From: an uncultured Spirochaetota bacterium | GTDB taxonomy: Bacteria; Spirochaetota; Spirochaetia; SZUA-6; Fen-1364 | Reading direction: 5' to 3' | Length of the DNA stretch: 64,000 nt | NCBI GenBank assembly: GCA_963845535.1 | Contig: CAWJSK010000001.1 | Span: forward strand, 64,001-128,000 | Shown here: positions 44,608 to 54,150 of the stretch, in pieces | Layout of the letters: each line of letters begins with the position of its first letter | How positions within the stretch are numbered: the first letter of the stretch is position 1 | The notes under the pieces: model-generated | The model's input: only the letters and a program-made list of their open reading frames with translations | Database searches by the model: none | What the model was told of the DNA's origin: nothing | Made by a program: the position numbers and the translations under genes

Positions 44608-45553
44608 ATGGGTCATGCGCTTGCTTCTGCCTACTTCGTCACGATTGTCGCCGGATTCGTAGTGGTCACCCTCAGCCTGTTGTTGCACGCGCGTTTTGCG
44701 AGTCCCGCATACTTGTACTGGGCCTTGACCATGCTCGGCGGGACCTTGCTGATCATGGCGAAAGCCTCGACGCATTACCTGAGTTTGACGGGAAGCGGTA
44801 CCCGCCTGTACCTTCTCCTGTCGTTCTTCATCTTCGGCCTGTCCGGAGAACTGTTGCTCGGGTACTGTGTGCCTCGAGTTGCCCACGGTGTAACAGGCAG
44901 ACGTATTCCAGCGGTCCAAGGCGCTCTCTATCTTCTGGTCGTAGCGGGGCTCGGAGCTCTTGTCGTGATCGAAGGGCTGACCGGAGATCAGGTTGTGGCG
45001 GCCATCCGCATAATCATCAGGATCGCCTGGATAGGGTACGGGTACGCTGTCCTGATTTCAGGCACTCGCACCATGACCGACAGAAACCAGCGAGCGGTCA
45101 TTCGCGCATTTCTGACGACTGGTTTGATCGTCTTGCCCATCATGCTTGCAACAGAACTCGACTCTCTTCTCCTCCCCAATGGCGTCGTCTTGCGTGGGAT
45201 TCCTGCCGCGTCGTTGCTCTGGTTGTCCGCCTATTCTGCGCTCAGCATCATGCTCATCGTCCGCTTCATCTTTGGTCCCCAGGACAGGATTGACGGGCCG
45301 GTGCCGGATCTTTTCGCGAAGGCATTCAACATCTCCGACCGCGAGCGTGAAATCATCCGACTTCATCCTCCAGGGCAACACGGAGGCCCGCATCGGCGAC
45401 CTCCTGTTCATTTCCCGCCGGACCGTGGTGAATCACGTCTACAATATCTATCGCAAGACGGGTGTGAGAAATCGCGTCCAGTTGATAAACCTCGTCAACA
45501 GCTATGCGCTGTCGGACCAGGGTCGATGGCTTTTTTTCTCGCAGCCAAAATGA
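44608..45553 (+). CDS. Multi-TM membrane sensor with C-terminal LuxR HTH, frameshift near 45358
   Basis: About 7 hydrophobic segments; ISDREREII/DFILQG...LFISRRTVVNHVYNIYRKTGVRNR. Confidence 0.85.
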
Positions 45554-45584
45554 TCGTTCCAGGAACAGAGTGCCGACTTCGCGG

Positions 45585-45625
45585 ATGCCGAATGAGAAGT
45601 TCTCTCTATTGAAGAGTCTCCAGGC
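45585..45625 (+). repeat. 41-bp promoter box, copy 1
   Basis: 38/41 identical to 47054-47094. Confidence 0.85.
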
Positions 45626-45747
45626 GCTCCGCGAGAATATGCCAGGATCAAAGGCGAAACGACTCTCGTTGCAGCGACGGCTGACGCGACGATCTCGCAC
45701 CACGGGGGACGGCGAAACACGCCGCGGACTGCAGAAAGGAGGGTCCG

Positions 45748-46086
45748 TTGAATCGATCGAAGGTCGTTGTTCTCTGCGGATCAGCGCGATTTACCGAGCA
45801 GATGCTGATCAAACAATGGGAATGTGCGCGTGTGGGGATTATTGCCCTCGGATGGTGTGTACTTCCCGATTCCGATCACGCGCTGGCGTGCGAGCACGCG
45901 AACGTCAGGAAAATCATCGACGAGCTCCACCTGCGCCAGATTGACCTGGCGGATGAGGTATTCGTTCTGAATATCGGCGGATGCATCGATGTGTCGACCC
46001 AGGATGAGATCAACTACGCCTACGCACAGGGCAAGCCCGTGATCTATCAGGAAGTGCCCGAATTCCTCCGGATCGGGGAATACTGA
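45748..46086 (+). CDS. DUF4406/nucleoside deoxyribosyltransferase-fold-like small protein
   Basis: VVLCGSARF...LHLRQIDLADEVFVLN...STQDEINYA...GKPV; SD AGGAGG with TTG start. Confidence 0.7.
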   Translation: MNRSKVVVLCGSARFTEQMLIKQWECARVGIIALGWCVLPDSDHALACEHANVRKIIDELHLRQIDLADEVFVLNIGGCIDVSTQDEINYAYAQGKPVIYQEVPEFLRIGEY

Positions 46087-46249
46087 ACGAGGGACCGGCA
46101 ACGAAAACCATCGCGACGATGCGCGCCTCAGGGCTGTCCGGGGAGATCACCGTCGACGGCCGCAGAAACTGCGGCAGTGTTGGATCCTTGTCGGAAGGCG
46201 TGTATCCTGTACGAAGGCCGTCCCTCCTGGGCACGATTCTCGGCTCTCC

Positions 46250-46530
46250 GTTCGGGGCGCGGACCTCCAGGGCGACCCTGAGAGCGCTCGGCCGCGCGGC
46301 TATTGCGGCGGTCGAGGAGGTCCCGGGTGAGCCCTACTTGCGGGTGCGGCTGCGCGGAGTCGATCGCACGCTGTGGTGGCCCTTGCCAATCGATCGCGAA
46401 TCCCTCTACATCGTAGCGCAGGAGCAGGCCTACCCGCGGAACCCGCACACCGAGATCCCGCAATCCGTTGTGCGTCCAGATGATGTTGTCCTGGATTGCG
46501 GCGCAGCGGAAGGACTGCTCAGCCTGCGCG
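46250..46530 (+). pseudogene. FkbM-like methyltransferase fragment
   Basis: VRPDDVVLDCGAAEGLLSL SAM-binding motif, then loss of similarity. Confidence 0.55.
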
Positions 46531-46635
46531 TGACCATCATGACAAAAGGAGTCGTTCCGACGACGGGCGCGCCGTTTATGCTGCATGCCTGGTAGAAGGT
46601 ATGCCCGAACCGCTCCAGGAAAGGAGGCCAATCCG

Positions 46636-47022
46636 GTGGCGAAGACACTTGGCTTGTTTTTGGTTCTATCAGCGATGGCGTCCACCCAACTGATCCATGC
46701 CCAATCGCTGGTAGGGGCATGGGTTTCCGGGCACATCATCCTTGTGCTTGCCAATTTCAGCATCACGTTCGATCCTGACGGTACCTATGAGCTGGGTTGC
46801 ATTCTTGGAAAAGCAATGGGGACCTACAGGGTTGAAGAAGAGAAGATCATTTTCACTCCCCAAAAAAGCGATATCACAGATGCAAAGGCAAATGACCTGG
46901 GAAGCGTCAATATCTATGCATACCAATTTGCAGACGAGAATACTCTTTCTCTCAGCAGTGGATGGGTCAATGTAACCCTGACCAGGAAAGAAGCCCATGA
47001 AGGGAATGGCAACCCGGAATGA
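46636..47022 (+). CDS. Small secreted hypothetical protein (beta-rich)
   Basis: SD AAGGAGG, signal peptide ending IHA-Q, LVGAW; more AT-rich than its flanks. Confidence 0.7.
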   Translation: MAKTLGLFLVLSAMASTQLIHAQSLVGAWVSGHIILVLANFSITFDPDGTYELGCILGKAMGTYRVEEEKIIFTPQKSDITDAKANDLGSVNIYAYQFADENTLSLSSGWVNVTLTRKEAHEGNGNPE

Positions 47023-47053
47023 GGGGCTCTGATACCATTGTCCCATCTCCCGC

Positions 47054-47094
47054 ATGCCGAATGAGAATTTCTCTCTATTGAAGAATTTCCAGGC
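47054..47094 (+). repeat. 41-bp promoter box, copy 2
   Basis: 38/41 identical to 45585-45625; precedes the radical SAM operon. Confidence 0.85.
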
Positions 47095-47175
47095 AGCTCG
47101 CTAGGATAATGATGCCCTTGGAGCGTTTGTGATGCTCTGATCGGGCCCGTCCAGGGTTGACCAAAGGAGGTAGGT

Positions 47176-48465
47176 ATGGGTTTCTATAACACTGACAATT
47201 GGCCGGAAAAGTCGGAGTACTATCGGTGGCCATGGTCAGGCAATGACAACCCCGTGCAATGGCTGGAAGTCACGGACCTCTGCAACATCCACTGCAAAGG
47301 CTGCTACCGTTCGCACATGGAAGGCCACAGGCCACTCGAGGTCTTGAAGGAAGAAGTCGATTTCTGCATCAAGAACCGGAACATCGACACGGTCTGCATT
47401 GCCGGAGGCGAGCCGCTGATCTATCCCGATATCATCACGCTCGTCCGCTACATCTCCGACCGGAAGCTGAAGGCCAACATTATCACCAACACCCAGGCAA
47501 TGACCGAGAAGCTCGTCGGCGAGCTTCTCGAGGCCGGGATCTATGGTTTCACCTGTCATGTCGACATGGTTCAGGAGAGACCCAACCAGCCCACGGCATC
47601 CTCTGAGCTTGAGCTGATGCCGAAGCGGCAGCAGATAGCCGATCTCATCTACAAGGCGGGAAGGGGCAGAATCTACGTCACCTTCAACACGACCGTCTAC
47701 CATGAGAACTTCAAGTACATCCCTGACATCGTGTCGTGGGCACAGAAGAACGTGGAGAAGGTCTCGGGGCTGGATTTCGTCACCTACCGGGGAATCCCGT
47801 TGGGAAAGAAAGTGACGTGGGACGTCGAAGACGAACGCGGAGCCACCGATCTCAGCAAGACCTTCGGATATACCGACAACTATCAGCAGATCGACATCAC
47901 CTCCGTCGATGTCTACAACATCATCAAGGATCATCTGGGAAGCGTGTTCGAACCGTGCGCATACCTCGGAGGCACGGGGGACGTGAGGCAATACAAGTGG
48001 TGGGGCCAGGCTTCCATCATCGAGCGGGACGGAAGAATCCACGGATCGATCGGCCCTAGATTCATGGAGTTGCTGCAGATCGGCCATCACTGGTTTACGG
48101 GCAAGTACTTCATGTACCTCAGGAAAAACCGGGCTCCGCGGATCGTGATTCTGCTCACCGCGCTCATCGGGGACAAGAAAATGAGAAACGCCCGATGGAG
48201 CATCCTCAAGGGCTTGATCAACCCGCTCACCTGGTTCCGCCAGATCCGCTTCCAGAGCATCGGGATCAATCAGCCTCCCGACATGCTTGAGAACGGAATG
48301 GCCTGCATGTGCGAGAGCTGCCCTGATGCCTGCGTCTGGAAAGGGAACCTCGTCAGCTCGTGCCGCCTGGACGAGTACCGGCGTTTCGGCAAGCTGATGA
48401 GCGCGATCGCCCACGAAGACGAGCGTGAAAGCCGCAAAGAAGCCCTTGTCGTGGACAGGGCATGA
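47176..48465 (+). CDS. Radical SAM protein of unknown function
   Basis: CNIHCKGC, GGEP, C-terminal Cys cluster CMCESCPDAC...SSC; strong SD. Confidence 0.92.
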   Translation: MGFYNTDNWPEKSEYYRWPWSGNDNPVQWLEVTDLCNIHCKGCYRSHMEGHRPLEVLKEEVDFCIKNRNIDTVCIAGGEPLIYPDIITLVRYISDRKLKANIITNTQAMTEKLVGELLEAGIYGFTCHVDMVQERPNQPTASSELELMPKRQQIADLIYKAGRGRIYVTFNTTVYHENFKYIPDIVSWAQKNVEKVSGLDFVTYRGIPLGKKVTWDVEDERGATDLSKTFGYTDNYQQIDITSVDVYNIIKDHLGSVFEPCAYLGGTGDVRQYKWWGQASIIERDGRIHGSIGPRFMELLQIGHHWFTGKYFMYLRKNRAPRIVILLTALIGDKKMRNARWSILKGLINPLTWFRQIRFQSIGINQPPDMLENGMACMCESCPDACVWKGNLVSSCRLDEYRRFGKLMSAIAHEDERESRKEALVVDRA

Positions 48466-49259
48466 AGGCGCTGAATCCGGTTCAGTTCATCGAGGCCCTC
48501 AAGGGCCTGCTGGATGGGAAAGTCGACATTCCCGAAACGCAGGCCGATAATCAGCTCCTGAAGGTCCTTTTGGCGCGTCGGTCCGTGCGCAGCTTTCAGA
48601 AGAAGGACATCCCCGACGACGTGCTTCGCGTCATCCTGGAGGCAGGACGCCTCGCGCCCAGCACGGTCAATCTCCAGTCCTGGGCTTTCGGGGCCTTCGA
48701 CCAACGGACGTGGCAGCAGACCTTCGGCAGGCCGTTGCCCTTCAAGGGAAACAAGGCCGTCATCGTCATCGCGGACCTTCACCGTGCGCGGCTGGTTCTC
48801 GATGAGTTTCCCTTCCGACCCCTGGTCGAATATACCCTCGGGGTGATAAACGCGAGCATTGCCGCGTATGCGATGAATGTCGCTGCGGAGGCGTGCGGCG
48901 TCTCCTCGGTCATGCTCTCGGAAACGGGTGAAAGCGGGTTCTACGACGCGCTCTCCCTCAAGAAGAAGCTCCGCCTGCCCGACGGAGTAGTACCTATCAT
49001 GACCATCGTCTTCGGCTATCCAGCGGCACGGCCCCGGGGGATGCCGCCCAAGCTCCCGCTCTCCGAAATCACGTTCACCGGTCGGTACAAGGAGCCTGAC
49101 GCCAAGGCTGCGAAGCGGTGGCTGGATCAGATGAGAGCCGGCTATCGCGCCCTGTACGTGACAAGGTCCTTCCAGGGACAGATCAGGCACTACCTTTCGA
49201 AGGTCGATCAAGCCGAAGCGGGATTGCGCAAGCTCATCTTTTACAAGAAGTCCTCGTAG
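48462..49259 (+). CDS. Nitroreductase family flavoprotein
   Basis: RRSVRSF, APSTVNLQSW, FGYP; ATGA overlap with the radical SAM gene. Confidence 0.9.
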   Translation: MKALNPVQFIEALKGLLDGKVDIPETQADNQLLKVLLARRSVRSFQKKDIPDDVLRVILEAGRLAPSTVNLQSWAFGAFDQRTWQQTFGRPLPFKGNKAVIVIADLHRARLVLDEFPFRPLVEYTLGVINASIAAYAMNVAAEACGVSSVMLSETGESGFYDALSLKKKLRLPDGVVPIMTIVFGYPAARPRGMPPKLPLSEITFTGRYKEPDAKAAKRWLDQMRAGYRALYVTRSFQGQIRHYLSKVDQAEAGLRKLIFYKKSS

Positions 49260-49321
49260 AGGTCAGTACGATGACCAGGAAAATAGTGGTGAGTGATTCA
49301 ACGACTCGCGATCCTGACGCA

Positions 49322-50044
49322 ATGCCGAAAATCACTTGCATCATACCGGCGTACGGCGAGGAGGAAAGAATTGCCCGCGTCCTGAGGGTCGTCGAAAGCC
49401 ACCCGTGGATCAGCGAGATCATTGTCGTGGTGGAGGGTACTGACAACACCGCGGCCGTGGCCGGAACGTTCAAGCGCGTCAAGCTGCTTGACCTCGGCGA
49501 CAAGCGGCTCGGAAAGAGTCATGCCGTCATGAAAGGACTTGAGGTTGCGCGTCACGATATCATCATGATGCTGGATGCCGACCTGCTCGGGCTGACACAC
49601 GACAACTTGTCCGCGCTTATGCTGCCGGTCCTCAACGGAGAAGTGGACGTCACGATGAGCTTGCGCCGGAATTCGCTTCTCTTCTTCCGCGTCATAGGCG
49701 TCGACTTCGTCAGCGGTGAACGGGTGTTCCGCAAAGAGGTGCTCGATGATTACGAGCGGCTTGCGACCCATCCGGGTTACGGCCTCGAAGTCTTCTTCAA
49801 TCAAGAGGTTATTGACCACAAACACAAGATGCTTGTCGTGTATTGGCGCAATGTCCGTTCGATCAGAGTGGAAGAAAAGTACGGCTTTTTCTACGGACTC
49901 AGGCTCGACTGGGAACATTTCCGAGAAGGCTATGCGACCCTTACCTTAGGCTCTTTTCTTCACCAACTATGGAGTCTGCGCGGCAACTCAACGCGCTCGC
50001 GCAAACGCATGGTCGCCAGCCGGAACAAACAAAGGAGAGGCTGA
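49322..50044 (+). CDS. GT2 family glycosyltransferase
   Basis: IIPAYGEE, GKSHA, LDADL, SGER; start could be 49271. Confidence 0.85.
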   Translation: MPKITCIIPAYGEEERIARVLRVVESHPWISEIIVVVEGTDNTAAVAGTFKRVKLLDLGDKRLGKSHAVMKGLEVARHDIIMMLDADLLGLTHDNLSALMLPVLNGEVDVTMSLRRNSLLFFRVIGVDFVSGERVFRKEVLDDYERLATHPGYGLEVFFNQEVIDHKHKMLVVYWRNVRSIRVEEKYGFFYGLRLDWEHFREGYATLTLGSFLHQLWSLRGNSTRSRKRMVASRNKQRRG

Positions 50045-50096
50045 CCCTCCATTTCTCAAACGTAGCGCTCTCTCATCGCGTCGCGGGCCGGCTGAG

Positions 50097-50486
50097 TGAT
50101 AGGCAAATCAATTTCCTGACGGAAGAGTGAATTTCCTGACGGAAGGGCTTCCGGGAGGATGAGCGCGTCGGCGGGGGATCTCTTTGCTTCCCAGCGGGCG
50201 TGATCGAAGTATCCGGGACGGGACTTTGAGGAGGGGCGGCCTTCCGTTGATCAGTGGAGCCCGGCTGGATCGGCAACCGTGGATAGTAGCCCTCCGTCGG
50301 AGGGCATGGTCCCAGCAGTGGCGGAACGGGGGGTTGTGCAGGTTCTCAGCCCAGGGAGCCGGGATCGAGTCCCGGCGGTGCCCTTCCTACCTTGAGAAGG
50401 TGACGCAGGATCGTGCGTACCTCGGAGGGGTCAGTGATGACCGCTATGAGCTTCATCTCGGATCCGCAACGGGGGCAGGTCAGCGG
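50097..50486 (-). mobile_element. IS91/ISCR-like remnant: transposase C-terminus plus oriIS-like end
   Basis: 50486-50346 reads PLTCPRCGSEMKLIAVITDPSEVRTILRHL...stop; downstream end TTGATTTGCCTATC. Confidence 0.75.
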
Positions 50487-50490
50487 AACC

Positions 50491-50517
50491 GGTCACATTC
50501 CCGTGCCGTGCGCGGTC
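50491..50517 (+). promoter_or_regulatory. ECF41-type promoter
   Basis: GGTCACA-N16-GGTC versus consensus TGTCACA-N16-CGTC. Confidence 0.6.
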
Positions 50518-50562
50518 ATTCCATTGTACGCACGGCGGAAGAAAGGATAGGAGGGTTCCAAG

Positions 50563-51459
50563 ACGCAGCACGATCACGCGAACGACATCAAGTGGCTGGC
50601 CGAGCGCTTCGAGGAACACCGGAGCCGCCTGGGGGCAGTTGCCTACCGGATGCTCGGCTCGCTCGGCGACGCCGAGGACGCGGTCCAGGAGGCCTGGCTG
50701 CGCCTGGGCCGCTCGGACGCGGGCGAGATCGAGAACCTGGGAGGGTGGTTGACGACCGTCGTTGCCCGGGTCTGCCTGAACATGCTCGAGGCACGCGGCA
50801 GACGCCGCGAGCAGCCGCTGAACGCACACGTGCCGGATCCCGTCGTTACGCTCGAAGACCGTCTGGACCCCGAGCAAGAGATGCTCCTGGCCGACTCGGT
50901 CGGACTGGCGTTGCTCGTGATCCTTGACACGCTGCGGCCCGCCGAGCGGCTCGCGTTCGTTCTCCACGACATGTTCGACCTGTCGTTCGATGAGATCGCG
51001 CCGATCGTCGGGCGCTCGCCGATGGCGGCCCGCCAGCTCGCAAGCCGCGCGCGCCGCCGGGTACGGGGCGCCCGGCTGCCCGAACCGCACGCCGAGGCGG
51101 ACCGGGCGGTGGCGAATGCCTTCCTGGCCGCCGCGCGCGACGGGGACTTCGCGGCGCTGCTCCGGGTGCTCGACCCGGACGTGGTCCTCCGCGCCGACGC
51201 CGGCGCTGTCCCCTCTGGGGTCCCGCGCGTGGTCCGCGGCGCCGCGGCGGTGGCAAAGCAGGCCGTCGCCTTCGGGAAGCGGCTCGGGCCACTGGCGCGG
51301 GCGGCGCTCGTGAACGGGACCGCCGTGATCGTCGCCATCGGTCCCGATGGGAGACCGCTCTCGGTTCTGGGGATCAGCGCGTCCGGCGGGAAGATCGTCG
51401 AGATCGACATCCTCGCCGACCCCGCGCGTCTCAGCCGCATGCGGTTCGAGGCTCCGTGA
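50563..51459 (+). CDS. ECF sigma factor with SnoaL-like C-terminal extension (ECF41/SigJ-like); start codon reads ACG
   Basis: FEEHRSRL..VAYRMLGS..DAEDAVQEAWLR, ERLAFVLHDMF, RQLASRARRRV, LDPDVVLRAD. Confidence 0.88.
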   Translation, partial: TQHDHANDIKWLAERFEEHRSRLGAVAYRMLGSLGDAEDAVQEAWLRLGRSDAGEIENLGGWLTTVVARVCLNMLEARGRRREQPLNAHVPDPVVTLEDRLDPEQEMLLADSVGLALLVILDTLRPAERLAFVLHDMFDLSFDEIAPIVGRSPMAARQLASRARRRVRGARLPEPHAEADRAVANAFLAAARDGDFAALLRVLDPDVVLRADAGAVPSGVPRVVRGAAAVAKQAVAFGKRLGPLARAALVNGTAVIVAIGPDGRPLSVLGISASGGKIVEIDILADPARLSRMRFEAP

Positions 51460-51498
51460 TGGCTCGTCGGTGTCACCTTGAGGGAAGGAGAGAAGGCA

Positions 51499-52068
51499 GT
51501 GAGACTACAACCCATCGAGAATCCCAAAGGGCTCTTTTCGCGCATCGCCTACTGGATGGTACGTCGTCAGTTCGGCAAGGTAATGACCCCGATGAAGGTC
51601 ATGGGCCCTCGGATGCCTGGGTCAATGCGGCTTGCGTATGCGATCACGAAGTTCGAGCTTAAGAGGATCCGGTTGGATCATGAGCTTCATTTCATGGTCG
51701 CCACTCTCGCGTCGCAGATCAACGGGTGCGGTTTCTGCATAGATCTGGGGCGGTCCATGGCGATCCGGGAACAACTTGAAATGGAGAAGTTCGACGCACT
51801 CCTGGAGTACCGGACGAGCCCGCTCTTTTCCGAACGCGAACGCGCGGCGCTGGCGTACGTGGAAGAAGCCACCCGCAGCAAGCGAGTTTCCGACGCAACG
51901 TTCGAGGAGCTCCGCAACCACTTCAGCGAGCGAGAGATCGCGGAGATCACATGGGTGAACGCGCTTGAGAACTACTACAACCTGCAAAATCTACCGCTCG
52001 AGATAGGATCCGACGGCTTTTGCTCGATTGCCCAGGCCAGGAAAAAAGGAGCACTCCGTGTCCGCTGA
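51499..52068 (+). CDS. Carboxymuconolactone decarboxylase/AhpD family protein
   Basis: SQINGCGFC, FSERERAALAY, LRNHFSEREI. Confidence 0.9.
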   Translation: MRLQPIENPKGLFSRIAYWMVRRQFGKVMTPMKVMGPRMPGSMRLAYAITKFELKRIRLDHELHFMVATLASQINGCGFCIDLGRSMAIREQLEMEKFDALLEYRTSPLFSERERAALAYVEEATRSKRVSDATFEELRNHFSEREIAEITWVNALENYYNLQNLPLEIGSDGFCSIAQARKKGALRVR

Positions 52069-52391
52069 TTGCCGCGTGAGCTCCGAGCTGCCCTTGGCAC
52101 CTTTGAGATTCCGGGCACGCGCTCAGCTCGCAACGCTGCTCCTACAGCTCCTCGTCGGCATGGCGGTAAAATCTTATCGGCCTGCCATCTGAATCGAGTG
52201 GTGCGGGCCGGATCCTGTCTTGCTGAGAGCGCCTGTCGCCCAGCTTGTGCTGCCGGTAAAGCCTCTCAGCCGGCGCCTCTATTTGCTCCGGCAAGCCATG
52301 CATTCTTCTGCCTGGACGACCATGCGAAACTTTGCCACTTCGTACGCGGTGAACGAATAGGCTTTTTTGTTTGCCTTATGCCGAATACTAC

Positions 52392-52419
52392 TTGACAGAT
52401 AGCTATACATATGTATAGT
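52392..52419 (+). promoter_or_regulatory. Promoter with overlapping 16-bp palindrome
   Basis: TTGACA, 16 bp, TATAGT; CTATACATATGTATAG 52403-52418. Confidence 0.7.
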
Positions 52420-52426
52420 AGAAACT

Positions 52427-53729
52427 ATGGACAACGTCGAAGAGTTGGGTCAGGAGATTGCCAGCTTGTCAGCGCATCTGGATGCGGCAACCCACCGGCT
52501 GCTGCAATGCATCAGGCGCTTCGATGAGGCGTGCGGCTGGCACGAACAAGGAGCCATTTCCTGCGCGCACTGGCTGGCTTGGCGGGTCGGTTGGGACCCG
52601 GCCACCGCGCGTGAGAAGGTGCGGGTGGCGCGCGCTCTCGGCAGGCTGCCCGCCATTGACGAAGCGTTGCGCTCCGCCCGACTGTCGTACGCCAAGGTTC
52701 GCGCGCTCACAAGAGTGGCGACACCAGAGAATGAGACGAAATTGCTCACGATGGCGCTTCTCGCAACGGGGGCGCAGCTTGAACGGATATGCCGGGGCTA
52801 TCGCGGGGTGCTGGAAGCCGAAGGGGCGTCGAAGCCGGAGGAGCGTTCGGTATGCCAGCGGCTGTTGCCTGGAGGGATGGTCAAGCTGGAGCTTGTGCTT
52901 GAGCCCGACGAGGCGGACTTGATCCTGCGTGCCGTCGAGCGTGCCCGGGAGGTCAAGGCTCAGGAGCTGCGCGCTCGGCAGGATGAGCCGCCCAAGCCAG
53001 AGACTCCTGAAAGGGCAGCAGGAGCCGCCGACGTTTCCGCGGGAACGCCTTGGCCGTCGAGGGCTGATGGCGCGGTGAGGGTCGCCGAGTGGTTCCTGGC
53101 CGGCAATCCGGTGACGGGAACAGGCGGCGAGCGCTTCCAGGTGATTGTTCACGTGGATCAGGACGTGCTGGGCCCGGATGGCGCCTGGGCAGCTACCCTT
53201 GAGGACGGAAGTCGCGTTTCCGCGGAAACGTTGCGCAGGGTGGCCTGCGATTGCGGCATGGTCGCCATGAGTCGAAACGGGGAGGCGCTGAACATCGGCC
53301 GCCGCGCCCGCACCATTCCGCCCGCCATCCGTCGCGCCTTGATGCTGCGTGACCGCGGCTGCGCCTTCCCTGGGTGCACGCACACGGCCTTCCTTCACGG
53401 GCACCACATCGAACACTGGCTGCACGGCGGGGAAACCAGCCTTGACAACATGGTCATGCTTTGCACTTTCCACCACCATCTGGTCCACGAGGGCGGATGG
53501 ACAATCACCGTCGGCGCCGACGGCACTTTCGTCTTCCACTCGCCCGCGGGCAGGCTGCTCGCAGCTCCAGCCACCGCGCGAATTGGTTGACGACACACTG
53601 GAGTGGCTGCGCGAATGGGCTGACGAGCGCAACCTGGACCTTGGCCCTGGCGTCAACATGCCGCAGTGGGATGGGAAGACGCCCAACTATGACAGTGCGG
53701 TAGGATGGCTGCTGGCGGCGGGGCAATAG
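52427..53729 (+). CDS. DUF222 plus HNH endonuclease (13E12-like), frameshift near 53570
   Basis: SCAHWLAW, LSYAKVRALTR, RDRGCAFPGC...HHIEHW..GGETSLDNMVMLCTFHHHLVH. Confidence 0.9.
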
Positions 53730-53869
53730 CTGCCGACGGCACTCGCTCCGACAGCAAAGGGTGAGCGCGCGCAGCGGAAAGCCCGCAGGCGCCGACAGTG
53801 AGGCGGCAAGGGGCAGGGAGAGGCTGGCAGCGCTCTGGTTCTGCAGTTCGCCGAGGACTTGGAGGGGGC

Positions 53870-54020
53870 GAAGCGCTGGAGGCTTCCTGGAACGGTACGC
53901 GCCCGCTGACTTTCTACCTCGCGCACGTTCGGGCCCAGGAGGCGCTCTATCCGGAGAGCTCCGTCAAGCTTCGATTCTTGGAGAACCACGAGCAGCCCAG
54001 AGCGGCGTGGAGTTTCGGCA
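53870..54020 (+). pseudogene. Fragment of a GH13 alpha-amylase-family gene
   Basis: KLRFLENHEQPRAA resembles GH13 region IV (FLENHD). Confidence 0.5.
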
Positions 54021-54150
54021 GAAGAGCGCGCCATGGACCGGAGGATCGGCCTGTTCGACGCTGAGCCCATCCACAAAACCTTGAATGGGCTTTTCCCGAT
54101 CTCGTAGACCACCCGATCATGCTGCCATGGTCCAATCGGAGACAGGGAGA

